Source: Callorhinchus milii
Taxonomy: Eukaryota
NCBI RefSeq assembly: GCF_018977255.1
Contig: NW_024704745.1
Span: 8,928,001 to 8,992,000, forward strand
Direction: 5' to 3'
DNA length: 64,000 nucleotides
Positions 34,296 through 49,669 of the stretch are shown here, in pieces (within the stretch, counting starts at the first letter, position 1; each line of letters opens with the position of its first letter). The notes below the pieces were generated by a model, which searched no databases, had not been told where the DNA came from, and was given only the letters and a program-made list of their open reading frames with translations. A program made the position numbers and the translations under genes.

Positions 34296-37239
34296 TGATG
34301 GAACAAGCAAAAAATGTTTAGAAGAACAATGAGCACAGTATTCAGGAAACTGAGAAAGGAAGAGACTGTGAGCTGACTGAGCAAAACTTCTGATTGAAAA
34401 GCCAGTAGTTTGTTCTTGAAGAGTCAACAGTTTATCGGTCGAGAAACATAAGGAAGATTGTTGGACTGAAGCCTAGCAACAAGTCCTTGGACTAAAGGAG
34501 TTCAACAAGAAGTATCTTGGACACGTAATATTCTGAATAATTCGTTAAAAAAAAGGGAAACACCTCTTTGTTAAAAATCCTTTACACTGGACCCACATAT
34601 CTTGAGTTATTTCTCTCAAGTTTTGTGCAAGCCCAAGTTCACAAAATCACATAGCTGTCGGGTCTTGTGCTGCTAAAATCAGTCCATTTCAGCATCAGAA
34701 CTTGTTTGCCTCCTGCTGAATGCTACTGTAGTTGTATTTCAACTATGTTATTGGATCTGATGTATAGTATTTGGATGGAACATTTAACTTTCTGACTTAG
34801 TCTTTGCAAGGCTCCTTAATAATAAAGCATTAAGACAAATCTGTGAGGGTATTAAATCACTTAAAGATAAATTGCCCCCCATCTGAATGTTTTGGCCAAT
34901 TTTCTCCTGAAATGTTTCTTTCCTCCCCAGAAGGAGTTTGACTCGTTTTTTTTCTTCTACTGGGTTACAAGTCTCTTAGGAGTATCTCACCCATGACCAT
35001 TATTTCTATTTGAACCTTGACGGTGAACGTTGGCAACCAATTCAAGCGTAGAAGGCATTGCAATTGAGCCTGATGATGTTCACACCCAATGTTCACACAA
35101 GTGCATCTTCCAACATGATAGCAATCTCTGGGTAGGGAGGGATCAGGAGCTGTCATAATCAATCGGCTAATTTCAACCCTTCAGCTTCTTGACCTGAGGG
35201 AACTAAGGACAAACATATTTACTCAATGGCTTGAGATAAGCTGATTTAGCACCGAGTGCTTTTACCTACTCACCATCGGAAGAGAATGGCTCTTTAGTAG
35301 TTTAGAAGCAGAAAATAACATTCAAATGCACGATCTAGAGATCAGCCATAAGAAACTTTGTCAGAAGTATGCATAGGATAACCCCTACTAAAAGCAAACT
35401 ACAAAAACATGCTAAAAATGAACACGAAGCGTTAGCTCGCTCCCCAGAGTACTTTCACTAGTCTTGTGATGATGAAAATTATGGATGGCTCGGCTGATTA
35501 ATTCACTCATTGCAAAAGAACATGTAATTCATAACCTCTTGGAGTTAGTCACGGAAGTCAATAAGGACTGTTTCGATGCCAGTTAAAATAGAAATTGGCT
35601 ATAAACATTGAAATGAAACCAGAATATGCCAAATTAGTACTTTTCTTTACAGATTCATTGTGTTGGATATCCTTAGATACATTGTGCATGAACTTATGGA
35701 TTCAAAGAGCACAGCATACCCTCAAATGTTCTGTCACTATTTTAAGTTGATATTTAGTTATTACGTTATGTTTCTACCGTGACCATTTTGCCAACTGATG
35801 CATTTAAAATTTCTCGACGTCTTTTGTACGCCAAGACTAAAACCTAGAGACAAACGTTTGCTGCAAAGAGAAAATGTCACTTAGCTAAATGCCTACCTTC
35901 CATATTGGTCTGCTCGTGTGAAGGACTAATTTATTGGATAACAATTTATTGATAAATGGGACATTTTTTAAGATGTCTAACTAGCGAATGAACTAACTTC
36001 TTTAATTGCAGCATTTTAATGCATCAGAAAATAGTTTTAAGCCAATTCATTAAAAAAATTATGTAAATAGCCTCACTATGATCATTGCAACATGTGAGTA
36101 ATAATCTTAGCTTGATTCATTCCCCAAATTAAATAAAATGTTCAAGGGTTTTTTTTGCAGTGCATTTCTGTATGGAGTTTTTGTGTTTAGTTCAGAGTAG
36201 AAAATGGCTGAGAAACCAGGATGACATTTATAATAATGGAATAATCCCAATGGATACAGTTCCTATTGACTTGTGCATTTGGGGGGGGGGGGGGGGGGAA
36301 TGAGCCAATCTCTTGCCTATGCTGAATGAGTTGATCTCCGATGGGTGAAGATAGGGTAAGGTGACCATATTTTGTAAACCAAAACTGGGACATGTATATT
36401 AAGATAAATTGAACTCACCACAATTCCTGGTGTTGGCAGTTACTGGAGAAGCTTGTTGATTAATGGCTGTATTTCTCTGATGAGTGCATGTATCTGTTTT
36501 AGGATTTTATTGTTCTTGTGCTCAGTTTGTTGTTGCTGAACTTGAGTTCAGGGCAAATTTGGCCAAGGAGATAATACCTCATCTGGAAATCAGGAACATA
36601 CGATCGCCCTACAGTAGGGGAAATTGGTCCAAACCTTCACTCTCTTGGGTCACTATCTCAGATGCAGTACTGGAGAATGTTCAGTACTGGAGGGCCCTCA
36701 GTGCCCCTGGAACCATACTCCAGCAAGATTGAAACTCAACAGAAAAGAAGGAACGCATACCCATTATTGGCAAGAATAGGAGATGGATCGAGCAGGAAAA
36801 TGTATGCAATGGCTGGAGGTGAATGGGGGGAGAGTGGCTGACTGTCAAGTTCAGATGGAAAAAATTGGAACAGGCTTTAAATGTTGAAGTTATAATAAGG
36901 CCTTGAGACTCATAAACATCTGCTGTAAAATCTGCACACGCAAGAACAATTTCAATCATTATGGGTTGAAACAAATTAAAGCAATTAATGCAATTATTCT
37001 GCAAACAGGGCCGAAATTGGATTGAGGGTGGGGGTGAGGGGGTGAATCCTTGGGAGCNTTTTTTTAAAAGAAACATAATATGGGGAAGGGGGAAGAGTGC
37101 AGGCTGGAATACAGGAACAAGATCAAAGTTGAAACAGAAAAACAGAAATGACAACTTGAATTAATCCAGTGCACTTCGTGTAGAATAACATCTCGGATCA
37201 CTTTACAATGATGGAGCCTGATGCTGAGCAGGGGAAGGG

Positions 37240-37620
37240 GGATGTGACTGGAAGTGCGGTCAAAGAGGTAGGTTATAAGGCAGAACTTGAAGACATAGAG
37301 AAGGGGAGAGACGGATATAATACAAATTTACATTTATATAGCGCCTTTCACTTTGGGAGGACATCCCAAGGTACTTAATACCCCTGGCTTGGTTGCCCAA
37401 ACTTGGGGCGGGGAAGGGAAAGATGACCGAAAGTGGATGGATCAAGGGAGGGAGTTCCGGAGATTAGGAGCATAGAATCGGAAATCTTGGTCACTGATGG
37501 CGGTGTGTGTAGGGCGGGGGACACAAAGCAAGCCCAAGTTAGCCGCGCAGAAGGGGATCAGAGGAGTGCGGTCGAAGGGGATGAGAGAAATAGGGAAGTG
37601 CTACGAGAGCAGAGAGATGG
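37240..37620 (-). mobile_element. Degenerate L2 3' fragments
   Basis: AATTTACATTTATATAGCGCCTTTCAC tail followed by purine-rich L2-like body. Confidence 0.65.
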
Positions 37621-40600
37621 AGAGAATCCATCAGTATCCGAAAGAAAAAGATAGTTTAACCTTTCAAACAATACTCTGTCAAAACTGATCGAGTTGAGTT
37701 ATAATATAATAATAATCCTGGCATTTGATGTAGCGCCTTAGCGTATCATCCAGACATCTCTAAGCGCTTCACAGGATACACTGTAGTGATGTGACTGTGT
37801 ATTTTGTAGGTGAAGGCTATGTACAAAGCCCACCTTTCTCTTTTAGGTGACGACTAACTTGCTGAAGCTCCACACCTTCCCGTTTCCTATTTTCAGCATC
37901 TGGAGATTTTACTACCCCTCATTTCTACTGAAATGCAGGGCCACATGTAACGATCAATGGACCAATTTGAATTCAGTTTCCACAAACATTCTGGAAAATT
38001 TAATTCCTAACACCAAAGCTTCTAAATCATTCTCTCTATTATTTGATTATCAAAAAGGATGCTCTACCAAAACAAACAGCCCAGTCAAGAGCATCTTATC
38101 ACAAATTCTATCAGCTGCAGGGTATCTTTTTGTCAATTTGAGAACCTAAGTAACACTGTAATCCTTCAGCATTTTACCTGCTAAATCTTTTGTCTTCTGT
38201 CTGCATCTTAATTGTCAAAAAATGTGCCTTAAGAAGATTAGTATGGCAGGGATTTATTTATTTCATGGTTAAAGTAGAAGCTTTTGTTGCTTACTCCTCA
38301 ATAAGTGATCGGATGTTGCAGGAGAAGTGGGCAATGTAAATAATTGTTGGGTTGCACTTCTTCAAAGCAGGAATTTTTCTGTAGCCCTGTGTTTTGTGCT
38401 GAAATGTCTAATAAAGGCATCGCGTAAGCTCTTGTTTCACTGCAAAGTGGTAGCATTCAAAGCCAGATAAGAGGATCATTGTGTAAATCTTGTCGGAAGC
38501 TGGTGTTGTTTTATGATAACCTAGTCATTATCGGTTTCCTTTACACAAACAGCAGTTTCAAAACTTTAGAGTTTAGAAGTCTGAATCGTATCTCTGCTCA
38601 GTTTTTTTTACATTTCTTGTTTGCTCATGACGCCGCCGTTAACCCTTTGAAGGATGAACTGAGCATCTCAGCAAGTTGCTATGGGTGGACAATGATATGA
38701 CTGCATGTGTTTGACATGCAAATTGCATTCTCCAAAACCACCGTTACAGAATGTAACCAGTGCAATAGAGTGGATAGACAAATTGTCTCCCCCTAGTGCT
38801 GGGAACTGAAAGCACAAATCATCCTCAAGTCGAAGGTTGCAATATATACCCACTATAGTGCATTTTCTGTCTCCTTCATTTTTCTTATGGGGTGGGGGGG
38901 AAACAGTAGGAAGGCGTAAAGAATTTCATTTGTGTGAAGCACACTCTCTGGGTAACAACAGATCTGTTCGTAATACACATGGAAGAAAACTGGGTTGTTG
39001 CCAGCTGGTGTGTGGCCAACACTTTAAGCACTCTGGGACGCTATTCCGTGTGAAGGGCGCTATATAAATGCAAGTTGTCGTTGTTGCAGTTTGAATATTG
39101 TGACTCAACTCTCCAGTTTTCAAAGGGTTAATCGTCTCAGAAATCTAATCTCTAGTCTAACTATTTTGGTTTTGTTTAAAGATATATTTCAAGCTGCAGA
39201 ATGCACTGTTATATTACTGAAGAGCAACTTGAGTTCATCACTTTCAATGATGGAATGCAGTGTTTGAAAACCCACTACTTGTACAGCATTTTACACAATG
39301 CAATAAAAATTTACATTTTTATAGTACCTTTCATGTCAGGGAAGGTCACAAGGATCTGGACAGTCTTAAGGTTTGCAACTTTTAGTTTTATTAATTTTGT
39401 TAGTTGAAAATGAGGTGGGGGGGGACAAGGGGATAATTGACCTTTACAAAAACAAGCACATTCAACAAAATATATTGCATATTAAACAGTTCCATTAAAT
39501 CCAGCAGATAAATCAAACTTGTATCCCAAAAGGAAGGGCTGGAGAGTTTCATTCATAAAATAATTCTTGCAAGCAGACCTGATTTTTTTCTATCATCCTG
39601 AAATGCCTTATGTGCCATCCTATTAGTAAATTGTATCCAAATCAACATACGGTACATAATAAATACTTAGGCAAATAAAAAATAAAAATAAAAAAGTTTT
39701 TTTTAAACAAAGTTTTTTTTCTATCTTTGTTCCCTCTGGGGAGCAAGGAGAATAAGATTTGATTCAGTTTCAGAATAAGTTAACCAAAGTTTGCACATGT
39801 CTGTGATTCTTGAAAATGTTTTCTCATGTAATGACCAGTGATATCTTGGCAAGTGGATGGTGTACTGTATGTACAGTATGGATGGATCCTCTGTAAACCA
39901 CTTTAAGTACAGCTGTATCTGAGAGTACTTAGGGTTTCACAAAATAGGCACTTTGAAATGATTGTAATGCACAAATAATTCCAGTTCTATTGTTCAGTTT
40001 GATCTACTATGTGGGCTCCTTTTCAAATACAGTACTGTGTATAAAAAACCCCCAGCAATTTCCTCTTAACTAAGATAATTGTTACATTGAAGCAGTGTGT
40101 TTTTACTTTAATACATACTGCACTGTTCCATACTAGTTTGTTGTGTATTTTTTTTTTACACACACGGAAGGAAAATAATATTTTTCCGAGAGATCTGAAA
40201 ATTTGGCAATCTCCCCTCGTGGGAAGGATATCGGCCCCTTTATCTTGTCATCAAGTTAATAGCTGAATCACGATCACGGGCTATTTTAACAACCTGAAAC
40301 AAGAAGGTTGCGTCCTTTTCATATTTTGTGGTGACGGTTATGTACAGTGCACACAAGGTTACAATTTACTACAGACGTTCCCTATGTGAAAAAAAATGTG
40401 ACCAAATTTTGCAGGAGAACCCAGCACATCAAGACACACTTGCTATTAAACGCATTAAACCGGTTTGTGAGGAGTAAAATCAAAACCATTTAAAACAAGA
40501 TATTTCCATGTTAATTTTATTCCGCCGGCCTTGTAAACGTTAAAGATTACAATTTTAGCATTTAAGTCCAAATGATAGAAATACAATAATTGGCCTGACT

Positions 40601-43554
40601 ACCATAACAAACAGGCCAGATATTTTTTATGAGAGGAGGCTATTGTGTGTCGATTGCTGGATATTTTCGACTTGCATCTAATATGTAATTTAGGAAACTT
40701 TTAGCTACTTTTATGAGACAGTAACATTTTATCGAATAGCCTGGACAGCTCCATCCTTTTGCTTTTGGAGTTATAGTACTGAATGTCAAATGGATACTAA
40801 GATGTATCAAGTTGGTATCAGTTTAGTTTATTTAACTTGTATCAGGCACTTTGAGGCTTTCTTTTATGTGAAAGGTAATGTGTAAATACATATAAGTTGT
40901 TGAAATATAAATGTTGTGAACAACAGAGTCTGTCAGCCACACCAGTGCTTGATTGCTACTGGAAATTTTGCTCTTTGCTCTACGTATTTTATTTGCACTA
41001 TAAATTTTTTCCAAAACAAACCTGCACAACCATAGGCTTTCATGCAATTTCAATGCAGACGAGCAAAGTTAACGAGCAACTATAAATTTCCAATATCAGT
41101 CTATTGACTTCAGTTTTCTAAACTTGAAAACAGATGCAGAAAATCTACAGATGCTTCAAACATTGCCTCAAACAGTTAGCCCAAAGTATAGAAAATAGTT
41201 GACCTGGCCACTATAAACTAACAGGCCTGGTATTTTTATATATAGGAGCCTGTTTTTGGTAGATAATAATTTTGATCTGCAGCTGGTATAGAAACATGTT
41301 TTTAGAAATATTTCACTACTTTACCCCAAAGTAAAGTTTTATGTTTGTGCTAGGAATAAACCGAAACTGTAGCCTTTATTCCCAAAACGCTTTTTCAAAA
41401 AACATTAGGATAAGGCACAGACTGCAAGAGCTTTGCGTGTCTGTTCCAATGAATAACGCACGGAAGTTATAGTAAAGTTAGGAGCTGGGGGAGGAAAAAA
41501 TTATGCTCTCCCTGGAGTTCTTCTGAAGGGAGTACATACACCCTATTGGTTGTTAGTGATGTCATGCTGTTGGTGGATGACTGGAGCCTGGTTCACATTA
41601 GTTGTTTTACTAACTTTCTGGGGTCAATTAGGAGTTTGACCCCCCCCCCCCCCCCCCACAGGACATTGGGGGAAGAAATTTCCAATGTGAACAGGGCTCT
41701 TACTGAGGATGATGGGGAGGGAAGGGAGGAGAAGGAAAACAAACGTAATGCAAACGGGAGATATGTGGGAAAGCCTGATTCAGTTCACATTATAATTTAA
41801 CATGTTAAAACTCTTGCGAGTGTGCATGTAAAGTCTGGGTGACTCTCTCTGTCACTGGAATCTGTTAACATGTTTCGCCCACAGAATATACAGGCAATTC
41901 ACTTCACAGTATATTGTGTGAAATGCTTTCAGAAGTCTCAAATACGTGATAAAGTGCTATATCAAATGCAAGGATTATTGGTATTATAACATCAATTTTA
42001 GGCAGAATCACAAAGGCTCTTCTCGCTCATTGCTTTTTCCTCGACTTTGCACTGGGGTTACCTTGTAAAATGGGGCGGAGGAGAAGTTCTGTTTCCCCTC
42101 CTTGGCGATTGTTGTATGTTTGATGTGTTCCTGTATCATTACCAACAGCGAGAGGCTGGCTGGTCACAGGCTGCTCAAGTCTGTCTCCCATAACCGGGAA
42201 TGAGTTGTGTCACTTTGTAACCAGATTTGGTAAAGTAGGTGATAATTGCTGCTATGACAGTATGACTATGACCATGAAACCCTTTGCCTTCAGATTTAGT
42301 CCTTGCGTTTAAAATTTTTTAATGATTCTTTTCTACACCTCCCCCTCCCCACCATGTGAGTAAATGCCCAGGGCAGGTTTGGATCCCCCTGGTCTGTGCT
42401 CATCTCAGCTGAGGCAGTGACACACTCCTGGGCTACTCAGGGTTCCCCTTCCTGATCACTGAAGGTACAGTCATTTTTAAATGGGCTTTAAAAGCAGGGG
42501 GCTGGGGTGGTGGAAAGAGAGAGAGAGAGAGAGAGAGCTCGGGAGATTTCGGAAGAGATTTCAGGAGAACGGGGGTCAAGTAGCCTGAAGCTCCCCGGCT
42601 GACGGTGGGATGGAGCGGGCATGAGGAATGAAACAGCTCAGGATTGATAGAATGGAGTGGGGTTAGCTGGGCAATAAGGAAGCAGGTGATCACAGAGGTA
42701 GGGTGGGGGGGTAAGGCTGTGGTAGCATTTGAGCCAGAGTTGCTGCGATCTGCATCTGACTCCGAAATACAGTATTAAAACAAAGCTTTATCTGTCCGTC
42801 TCATTAGCCTTGTTCTATTTTTACTTGGTTACTGGTGTATTGCCTCCAGATTTTCAGTACAGCTGCAACTGCTCAGAATTCCCCCCCCCCCCCACCCGTT
42901 CCCCCAACCTCTTGCCATCTATAGTAATATCTGATTTTCAATAGCCTCAGTGAAACATTAAACTGGATATACTGTCTACTGCATGCACACGCTCAACTTA
43001 AAGTTGTATGTGTGTGTGTGTGTGTGATATCAGGAAGTTATGATCTAATAGAAAAAGCTTGAATCATTAAAGATCCAAGTTTACAAAGAATTACACAGAA
43101 TGTTACAGCACGGAATTAGGCCATTTTGCCCAACCAGTCAGTACAGTGTTTATACTGCACTCCACAAGAGCCTCCAGTCCTCCTGAATCCCTCTATCATT
43201 CACTTCTCATATATGCAGCAGGTTGTTCCATTTTTGATAAAACCAACCCCAAATGACCCCGCCAAATATCATTGAATATGCAGAGAGCCAGATTTGTAGA
43301 TGGTCGTTGGTTTTGCCTGAAGTGTAATTCTTTTATAATAATCCTTGATATAACACCTTTCACATGGGAAGGATGTCCCAAAGTACTTCACAGGATACAC
43401 TATAAAGTGCAGTGACTGTGTGCTTTTGGATGAAAGGAAGAATTTTGGAACTTCTCAGTTATAATGTTGCATTATAGTTTGGATAAGGATTCTACAATAT
43501 TTCTTATAATGTTTTAAAATATGCTGGGGGGAAGAGGTTGGGATTGGATCCATC

Positions 43555-43840
43555 CTTTGGATTAGATGTTAAACCGAGGTCTTGTTTGCCTGTTCAGTGA
43601 GGTAATTAAAGATCCTACGGCACTATTTGAAAAGGGAAGGGAGTTTCTCCAAATGTCTTGCCAACAATCCCCCAAATAAAATTGGTCATTCACTTCATAG
43701 CTGTTTATGGGAGATTGGCTGTTGCATTTACCCACAAAACACACAGTCACTGCACTTTACAGCATGCCCTGTGAAGCGCTTTGGGACATCCTCCTATTGT
43801 GAAAGGCGCTATATCAAATGTATGGATTATTATTGTTATT
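43555..43840 (+). mobile_element. Deu-domain SINE, 5'-truncated
   Basis: GATGTTAAACCGAGGTC...AAAGATCC...GAAGCGCTTTGGGACATCC tail. Confidence 0.82.
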
Positions 43841-45721
43841 TATTCTTATTATCGTAAGCAGGATCGGAAATGGTATGTTGAATGTTGCAATTTCAAACTT
43901 GCATTACTGGAGGACACTAAGACCTGTTCAACATGTGGCTCAGTAAAACTAACTGCAACAGCTCTAGGTCATTCATTATTTTTAGTAAGTTGACAGTTCC
44001 ACAGAAAACAATGGCAGTTGATGTGCTTTTCTATTTATAAAATCATACCCTTTCTGGGACCCAAATATTCTCATGAAAGTCAGCTTGTTTCTTTTTGATT
44101 GACTTTTTTTTGGTTGCAAAAATAAATCACATCACCAAGATCTGAATAACTGATAACTTCACATTTGACGTCAACATCCTTTTAAAGCAGGGAAGACTGC
44201 ATTCACGCTGGTTAAGTGTATATATGGGAATTAAGCTCCTGGGAAACATGCAAAACCTGACCCCCCTTCAGCTCCCTCTCTACCCCACTCGCCTCCGTTT
44301 CATCTCCTCCTTCCGCACCACCCTCCCCACTGCCGCTCCCTTGTCACCATGTCACCCCCTCGCCTTGTCTCCTCCACCCCATTCCCCTCCCCTCTCCCCT
44401 CCCCCTTCTCTGACTACGTCCCATTGCCAAGAAACGATCCCAATCGTCGACCAGCCAAATGCACTGCACATCTGTGCATTAATCTTGTACAATAATTTGA
44501 ATTGCCCCATGTAAATTGTATTACCCCTAAACTCTGGAATCTTGCAACTGGACAGCACTGTTTAAATAAATACATTTTGCATAGAGTATATAAAAATATC
44601 GCGGCAGCACAAGAGAAACACTGGGAAACGTGAAGTAAAACTTTACTGTGTCTGGGTTTTTATAGGAAAGTCGGAGTCCCTTGCAGATAAGAGTTGAGAA
44701 TCACAGTGGTCATTGTACACTATTAAACCTGCCCGTGAGGGTCAGTGCAGTACAGTACAGGGCCAACTGCAGATTACAGTCCTAGCACGTCAGAGTGTAG
44801 TAGATCCGACAAAGTTTCTCTCTGTCACTTCTGCGCTCTAAGACGCTGCCCCGCCTGAGGGGTGCTATATAAATGCAAGTTGTTGTTGTTTTACTCATAG
44901 TTGGCCTTGTTGCTTTATGAGGGAAAAAAGCAAGCAACTGGGCAGTTGGATGAGAAAACGAGTTTCATTTCGCTTCACTTATGTCGAGGTTTGCCCTGTG
45001 AGTGTTTCTGCAGCTAGAGAATGTACCTCTGTCCAGGAAGAGCTGAGTAAAAGGTAAATTGTGCTCATTCACAACTGAGGTCTATTTTTCAGGTTCCATG
45101 TAAAATGCATGTGCTAAAAAGGGAATGCCAGGTGCCCTCAGTGATGCTAAGGGTATGTTAACAGCTAATGATTCTGTAACCCTCTTCATAATGCAGGACA
45201 TCCATAATGCCCTCTTTACACATGATTAGCACGACCCACAAACTGAAACTTCGGGAGGTTAATGTTTCATTTATAGGAAACTTCAGTTCTGCATGTCCAC
45301 TTTTGCATGCGAACCAGTACTTTGTGGAGGGAATCGTGGGGCACGCAAATCCCTGCAGGAAACATTTCCTTCGATTTTTATATCAAACAATATGATAGTA
45401 ACTACTTTGCAACACGAACACAGTGCTTGATGGTATGGATGTCAACAACTTATTAGAGTTACTCCTTGTGCAGCATTTGTAAGACACTAGCGTTTCGTTC
45501 TCCCTTCTCCAGAAATGGGAGTCTGGGCATTTCTTAATTATTTAGTGTTTATTATTAAAGAGATGGACCAAACTCAGTGGATCACTTCATTTACTGCTGT
45601 CTGCAAAACTAAAGAACACTTCTACCTCTTCTAAGTTTCTAGTGTTCAAAAATAGTTAACCCCTTTTGATTGCTAAGGTTAACTCAATGATGCTTGAAAT
45701 ATTTCTAACCTCCGGTCACTT

Positions 45722-46091
45722 TAATAATAATAATTACAATAATAATCCTTGCATTTGATATAGTGCCTTTCCATGTCGTTGAGACATCTCAAAGCACTTC
45801 ACAGAATATGTTGTAAAGTGAATTAACTGTGTATTTATGGGGCAAAACGCGGCTGTCAATTACGCACAGCAGTGTCCACCAAACAGTCATGGAATCAATG
45901 ACCAAATTATATTTTTGGGGGTGGTGTGGGGGATTATTACCCCGGGAAAGGGTTCCGCTAATCAACATACTGCTAGGTAAACACAGGCGTTTGGAGTAAG
46001 GAAACTTGCTAAAGGTTTCGCCCCGCCCGGGAATCAAACCCAGGTGTTCTCGCTTGCGAGGTGAGCTCGCTACCCACTAAGCTACCAGACT
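45722..46091 (-). mobile_element. tRNA-Ala-headed SINE, long subfamily
   Basis: Tail (TAA)n-ATCCTTGCATTTGAT; head CTCGCAAGCGAG...GGTTTGATTCC on the minus strand. Confidence 0.86.
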
Positions 46092-49000
46092 TCACTTTAA
46101 GCAGTTTAGTTTCAACTGTTTAACATGAATAGACCCAAAGACTGCAGACACTGTACTTTCATAGACCGAGGGCTGGAGTATTAGTGCACGTGTCTGCCCA
46201 TTTCCTACACTGCGGCACGTTGCACGTTGCACGGCATGAGTATTGTACGTTGCTGCATGAGCTTTTTTGTACCCAGCAAATGTTGGCAAATGTTTACCCA
46301 CATGGGTGCCAACAGCGGTCATTACAAAAGTTCAGGATAGTTGAGAGCAACAGCGCAAAAAGGTTTGTTCCTCTTTTAATAATACATTTCTCTCTCCCCG
46401 CCCCACCACCCCACACCATTTTACACACTGAATTTCATTTGAATAGCCACACACCTTTAATGGGAGTCATTTACGATTTCCTGTGTGGACGTAGCTTTGG
46501 CTTTGCGTTCGGGTATACTTCCCTATCCAATTGGCACAATGAGCATTCGTTAATGAACACAAAAGTAGCTGTGTGTTAAAACAAGATTTGACCCTAACAC
46601 CCACCATCAATAACTACTGATCTGCAGGCACTTTATTATAAACTGTGCAACCATAAGAAGTAAAGTAGGAGATGTTATAAAGTAGATGGAGAATGAATAA
46701 TGATAGGGCAACTTATTTAAGCATATTAATCTGTCTCGAAAATGACATCTACTTTTTCCAGGAACTTCTGACTTTATTAAAGTTATTAATATCACAACAT
46801 CACAGCAGCATAGCTACAGTACTACTTTTTTTTCCAGCAATGCCTTAAATTGACGACTCTTGCATTTATGCAGCAACTTTCACGTAAAGGATCATCTCGA
46901 AGAGCTAAGTGGGGAAATGGGAAATATAAAGATGTTGACCAAAGGCATGGTTGGAGAGAGAATGATTTGTTGAAGTTTCTGAAGGCAGGGAGAGAGGTAC
47001 AAGTCAAAGTGGTTTGGGAAGAGTTCCAGAGGGCAGCAACATGATGGCTGAAGGCTCAACTGTAGATAAATGGCAGAAATTAAGTAAAAACTTTGACTTA
47101 GTTACTCTTTTTATTTTAAAAAAAATGCTCCTCAAGCTACCGGGAGAATCTTAATTGAAAGGAATATCGCAGATTAAAACAATTAATATCGCCAGGGTTT
47201 TATATATTTGTGGTCCACACTAGCGCAGTGTGGATCCTCAATTTCCAATAGGGAATCAATGGTTAGGAGGTACAGCTCTGAAAGACCTCTTTGATCCCTG
47301 ACTAGAGGCTCAGACTCGCTACCTGTCACATGTGTACTCTCGCTGTTGATACATTCTTTGCCGATTGATTACTTAATAGATAAAACATGAAATTTGACCA
47401 TGCTGGTAAATTGTGTTAATCACATTTGCCCATTAAATGATTTACAGCAACGCAGGCATGGATTTTCTTAGCCACAGCAATCGTAAGGCTTTTGTGTTTA
47501 AGACCCAATTTAAATTCCTGGCTACTGTATGCCGATAACTACTGATCTCTTTCAAGCAGCAAATGGTACCTTCGTTGAGATTGATTATCTTATTCAGGAT
47601 ATCGTTTTTTTTCCGACAATGGCAATTGAATGATAAACGTTTTGCCTTCTCTCTCACTTCAATTAAGACCAAGGACACACACAGACACACCTACCAGTCT
47701 GTTTGCTCAACAATAATGGACTCAATTACCAGTTGCACCCCATAATTTTAAGTATCTATTGAACTGAAGTGAAAGTCTCCATATTAGTGTATTACATTGG
47801 TTTATCAAAGGCTACAATAATTCAAAGTCCTAGTGACACTGAAGGTGTTTCACTTACATTTCAGCCAGCTTTTATTTGATTAGAAAGTAATCTTTGCAAA
47901 CTTGAGCAAATATAACTATGAAGGGAATTGTCAATCGCTGCTCATAATCTGGGGTAAAACATTTCCATTACACTTCTAAAAGATTTACTTTTAAAACGAA
48001 CACTAAGCAAGAGAAGACTTTCATTCCTGGAGCTGCGGAAATTTGAACAGTTAAAATTTTAGTTGCCTGAAAATACAGCATGACAAACATGTATCCAGTT
48101 GGCTCTTTGCCTGAGCTAGTGAATTCTTCAAAATCTCTAATTTAGAAAGTAAATGCCTGTCTTTTTTAATTCTTCTTCGTTTGCAGTGAAAATACACAGT
48201 CAGTCCACTTTACAATATATTCTGTGAAGCGCTTTGAAACGCCTCGAAGACGTGATAAAGTGCTTTATCAAATGCAAGGATTATTATTATTATTATTTGC
48301 AAGGGAAAAGCTGAACTCCCAAAGTGCAGGCTCGGTTTGCGGAAATATATTTTCTGTTCCAGCCAAATTTTCCCGAGTAGAATTTGGCTATGTTTATAAA
48401 ATGCACGGAACGTGCAGCCTAGATTCTGTTTTGATTAAGAACATGCGTTAAACGGTGGGGTAGGTATTGTGCCAAAATGTATGCTGTGAAGTACGTGGCT
48501 CCAAAGTTTCGTGTCAAATACTGTAGTTATCGTTTATTAATTACAGCTTAAGGCTCTATGTCTGGACACTAATGCACAAGAACAGACTTATTTGAACTTA
48601 CTGGAAGCAGAATTCAGAGGTTTGGTTACACTATTTTAGCATTTTTTAAAATCTTACTCCTGTTCATCTTTTGGAATATTTGGGATTACTTGGGGGGTGG
48701 GGGGGGTGATGTTTTCTTTAAGACACATGGTAGGTTTCGGTGCCGATAAGAGTCACCACACTTGACAGCAGTTCCCCCCCCCCCCGAAAGGCTTTTGAGA
48801 AGTTTCGAAGTGATGAGGTGCTGTAAAACTGCACCTTCTTTCTCCTGGAGATTACGCTACCAAAAGTTTGATGCTATTTTTTAAAAAAAAGAAAGCCATG
48901 CTGCTGAATAACACTGACAGTCAGTCGCATTTGCAGGTGAACTGGGAGACTTTTGAACTGTACATTGCTCATCAACAAAAAGGCAGCAGTGACTTTCATC

Positions 49001-49149
49001 CCTACTTCTCACTTCACACCCATCCATCCACTCCCCTGTAAGACTGTACTCATTGCCTGCTTTGAAAAAACCTGCACTGAAATCCTATTAATACAACCAG
49101 CAATAAAAATTATTTATACATCAGCTTTTGAATTACTTTTATCCAGCCT

Positions 49150-49182
<33 letters not shown>

Positions 49183-49422
49183 CTTTCTTTTAAAAAAAAA
49201 CCTTACAGTTTCACCCCATATCATACAAATCCTCTCCCTTCCTTAAGACTGAGGGTTAACTTTGGCAAGAAAACAAAACTGATCACAGTTGGACTGCAAA
49301 ACAAGAACAAAGTGCCTTTGCAGTTCCCCTGTGTTTTGTTTTTTTTAACCAAAAAAAAGCAAAAAAAAAAAAAAAAAAACACAGCAACTTTAAAGTTTAA
49401 ATGCACTTTTTTTTCTCGAGAG

Positions 49423-49456
<34 letters not shown>

Positions 49457-49669
49457 AGGGGGGGAGATGAGAAGTGAGGAGGTAGGAAAAGTCTGAGGGC
49501 TCTGATGTCTGTCTCCCCTACCTGATCCCTGCAGCTTGATGTGATGAAGTCCCATTGCCTGGTCTCTGGTCTGGCTGGTCTGGTGGAGGTGGAGGGTGGA
49601 GGTGGTGGGGTGGTGGGGGTGTGGAGGGGGTAAGCAAGTGAAGTGCAGATGACTTCTCAGGCTGCAGTG

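Noticed and set aside
36352-36395. hAT-like terminus GGTGACCATATTTT...AACTGGGACA
   Set aside because: No partner TIR or TSD found, so an element cannot be delimited
38787-38801. Additional CTCF-like cores (also 59114-59125 and near 32370)
   Set aside because: Partial matches without the upstream module; such matches are expected by chance in 64 kb
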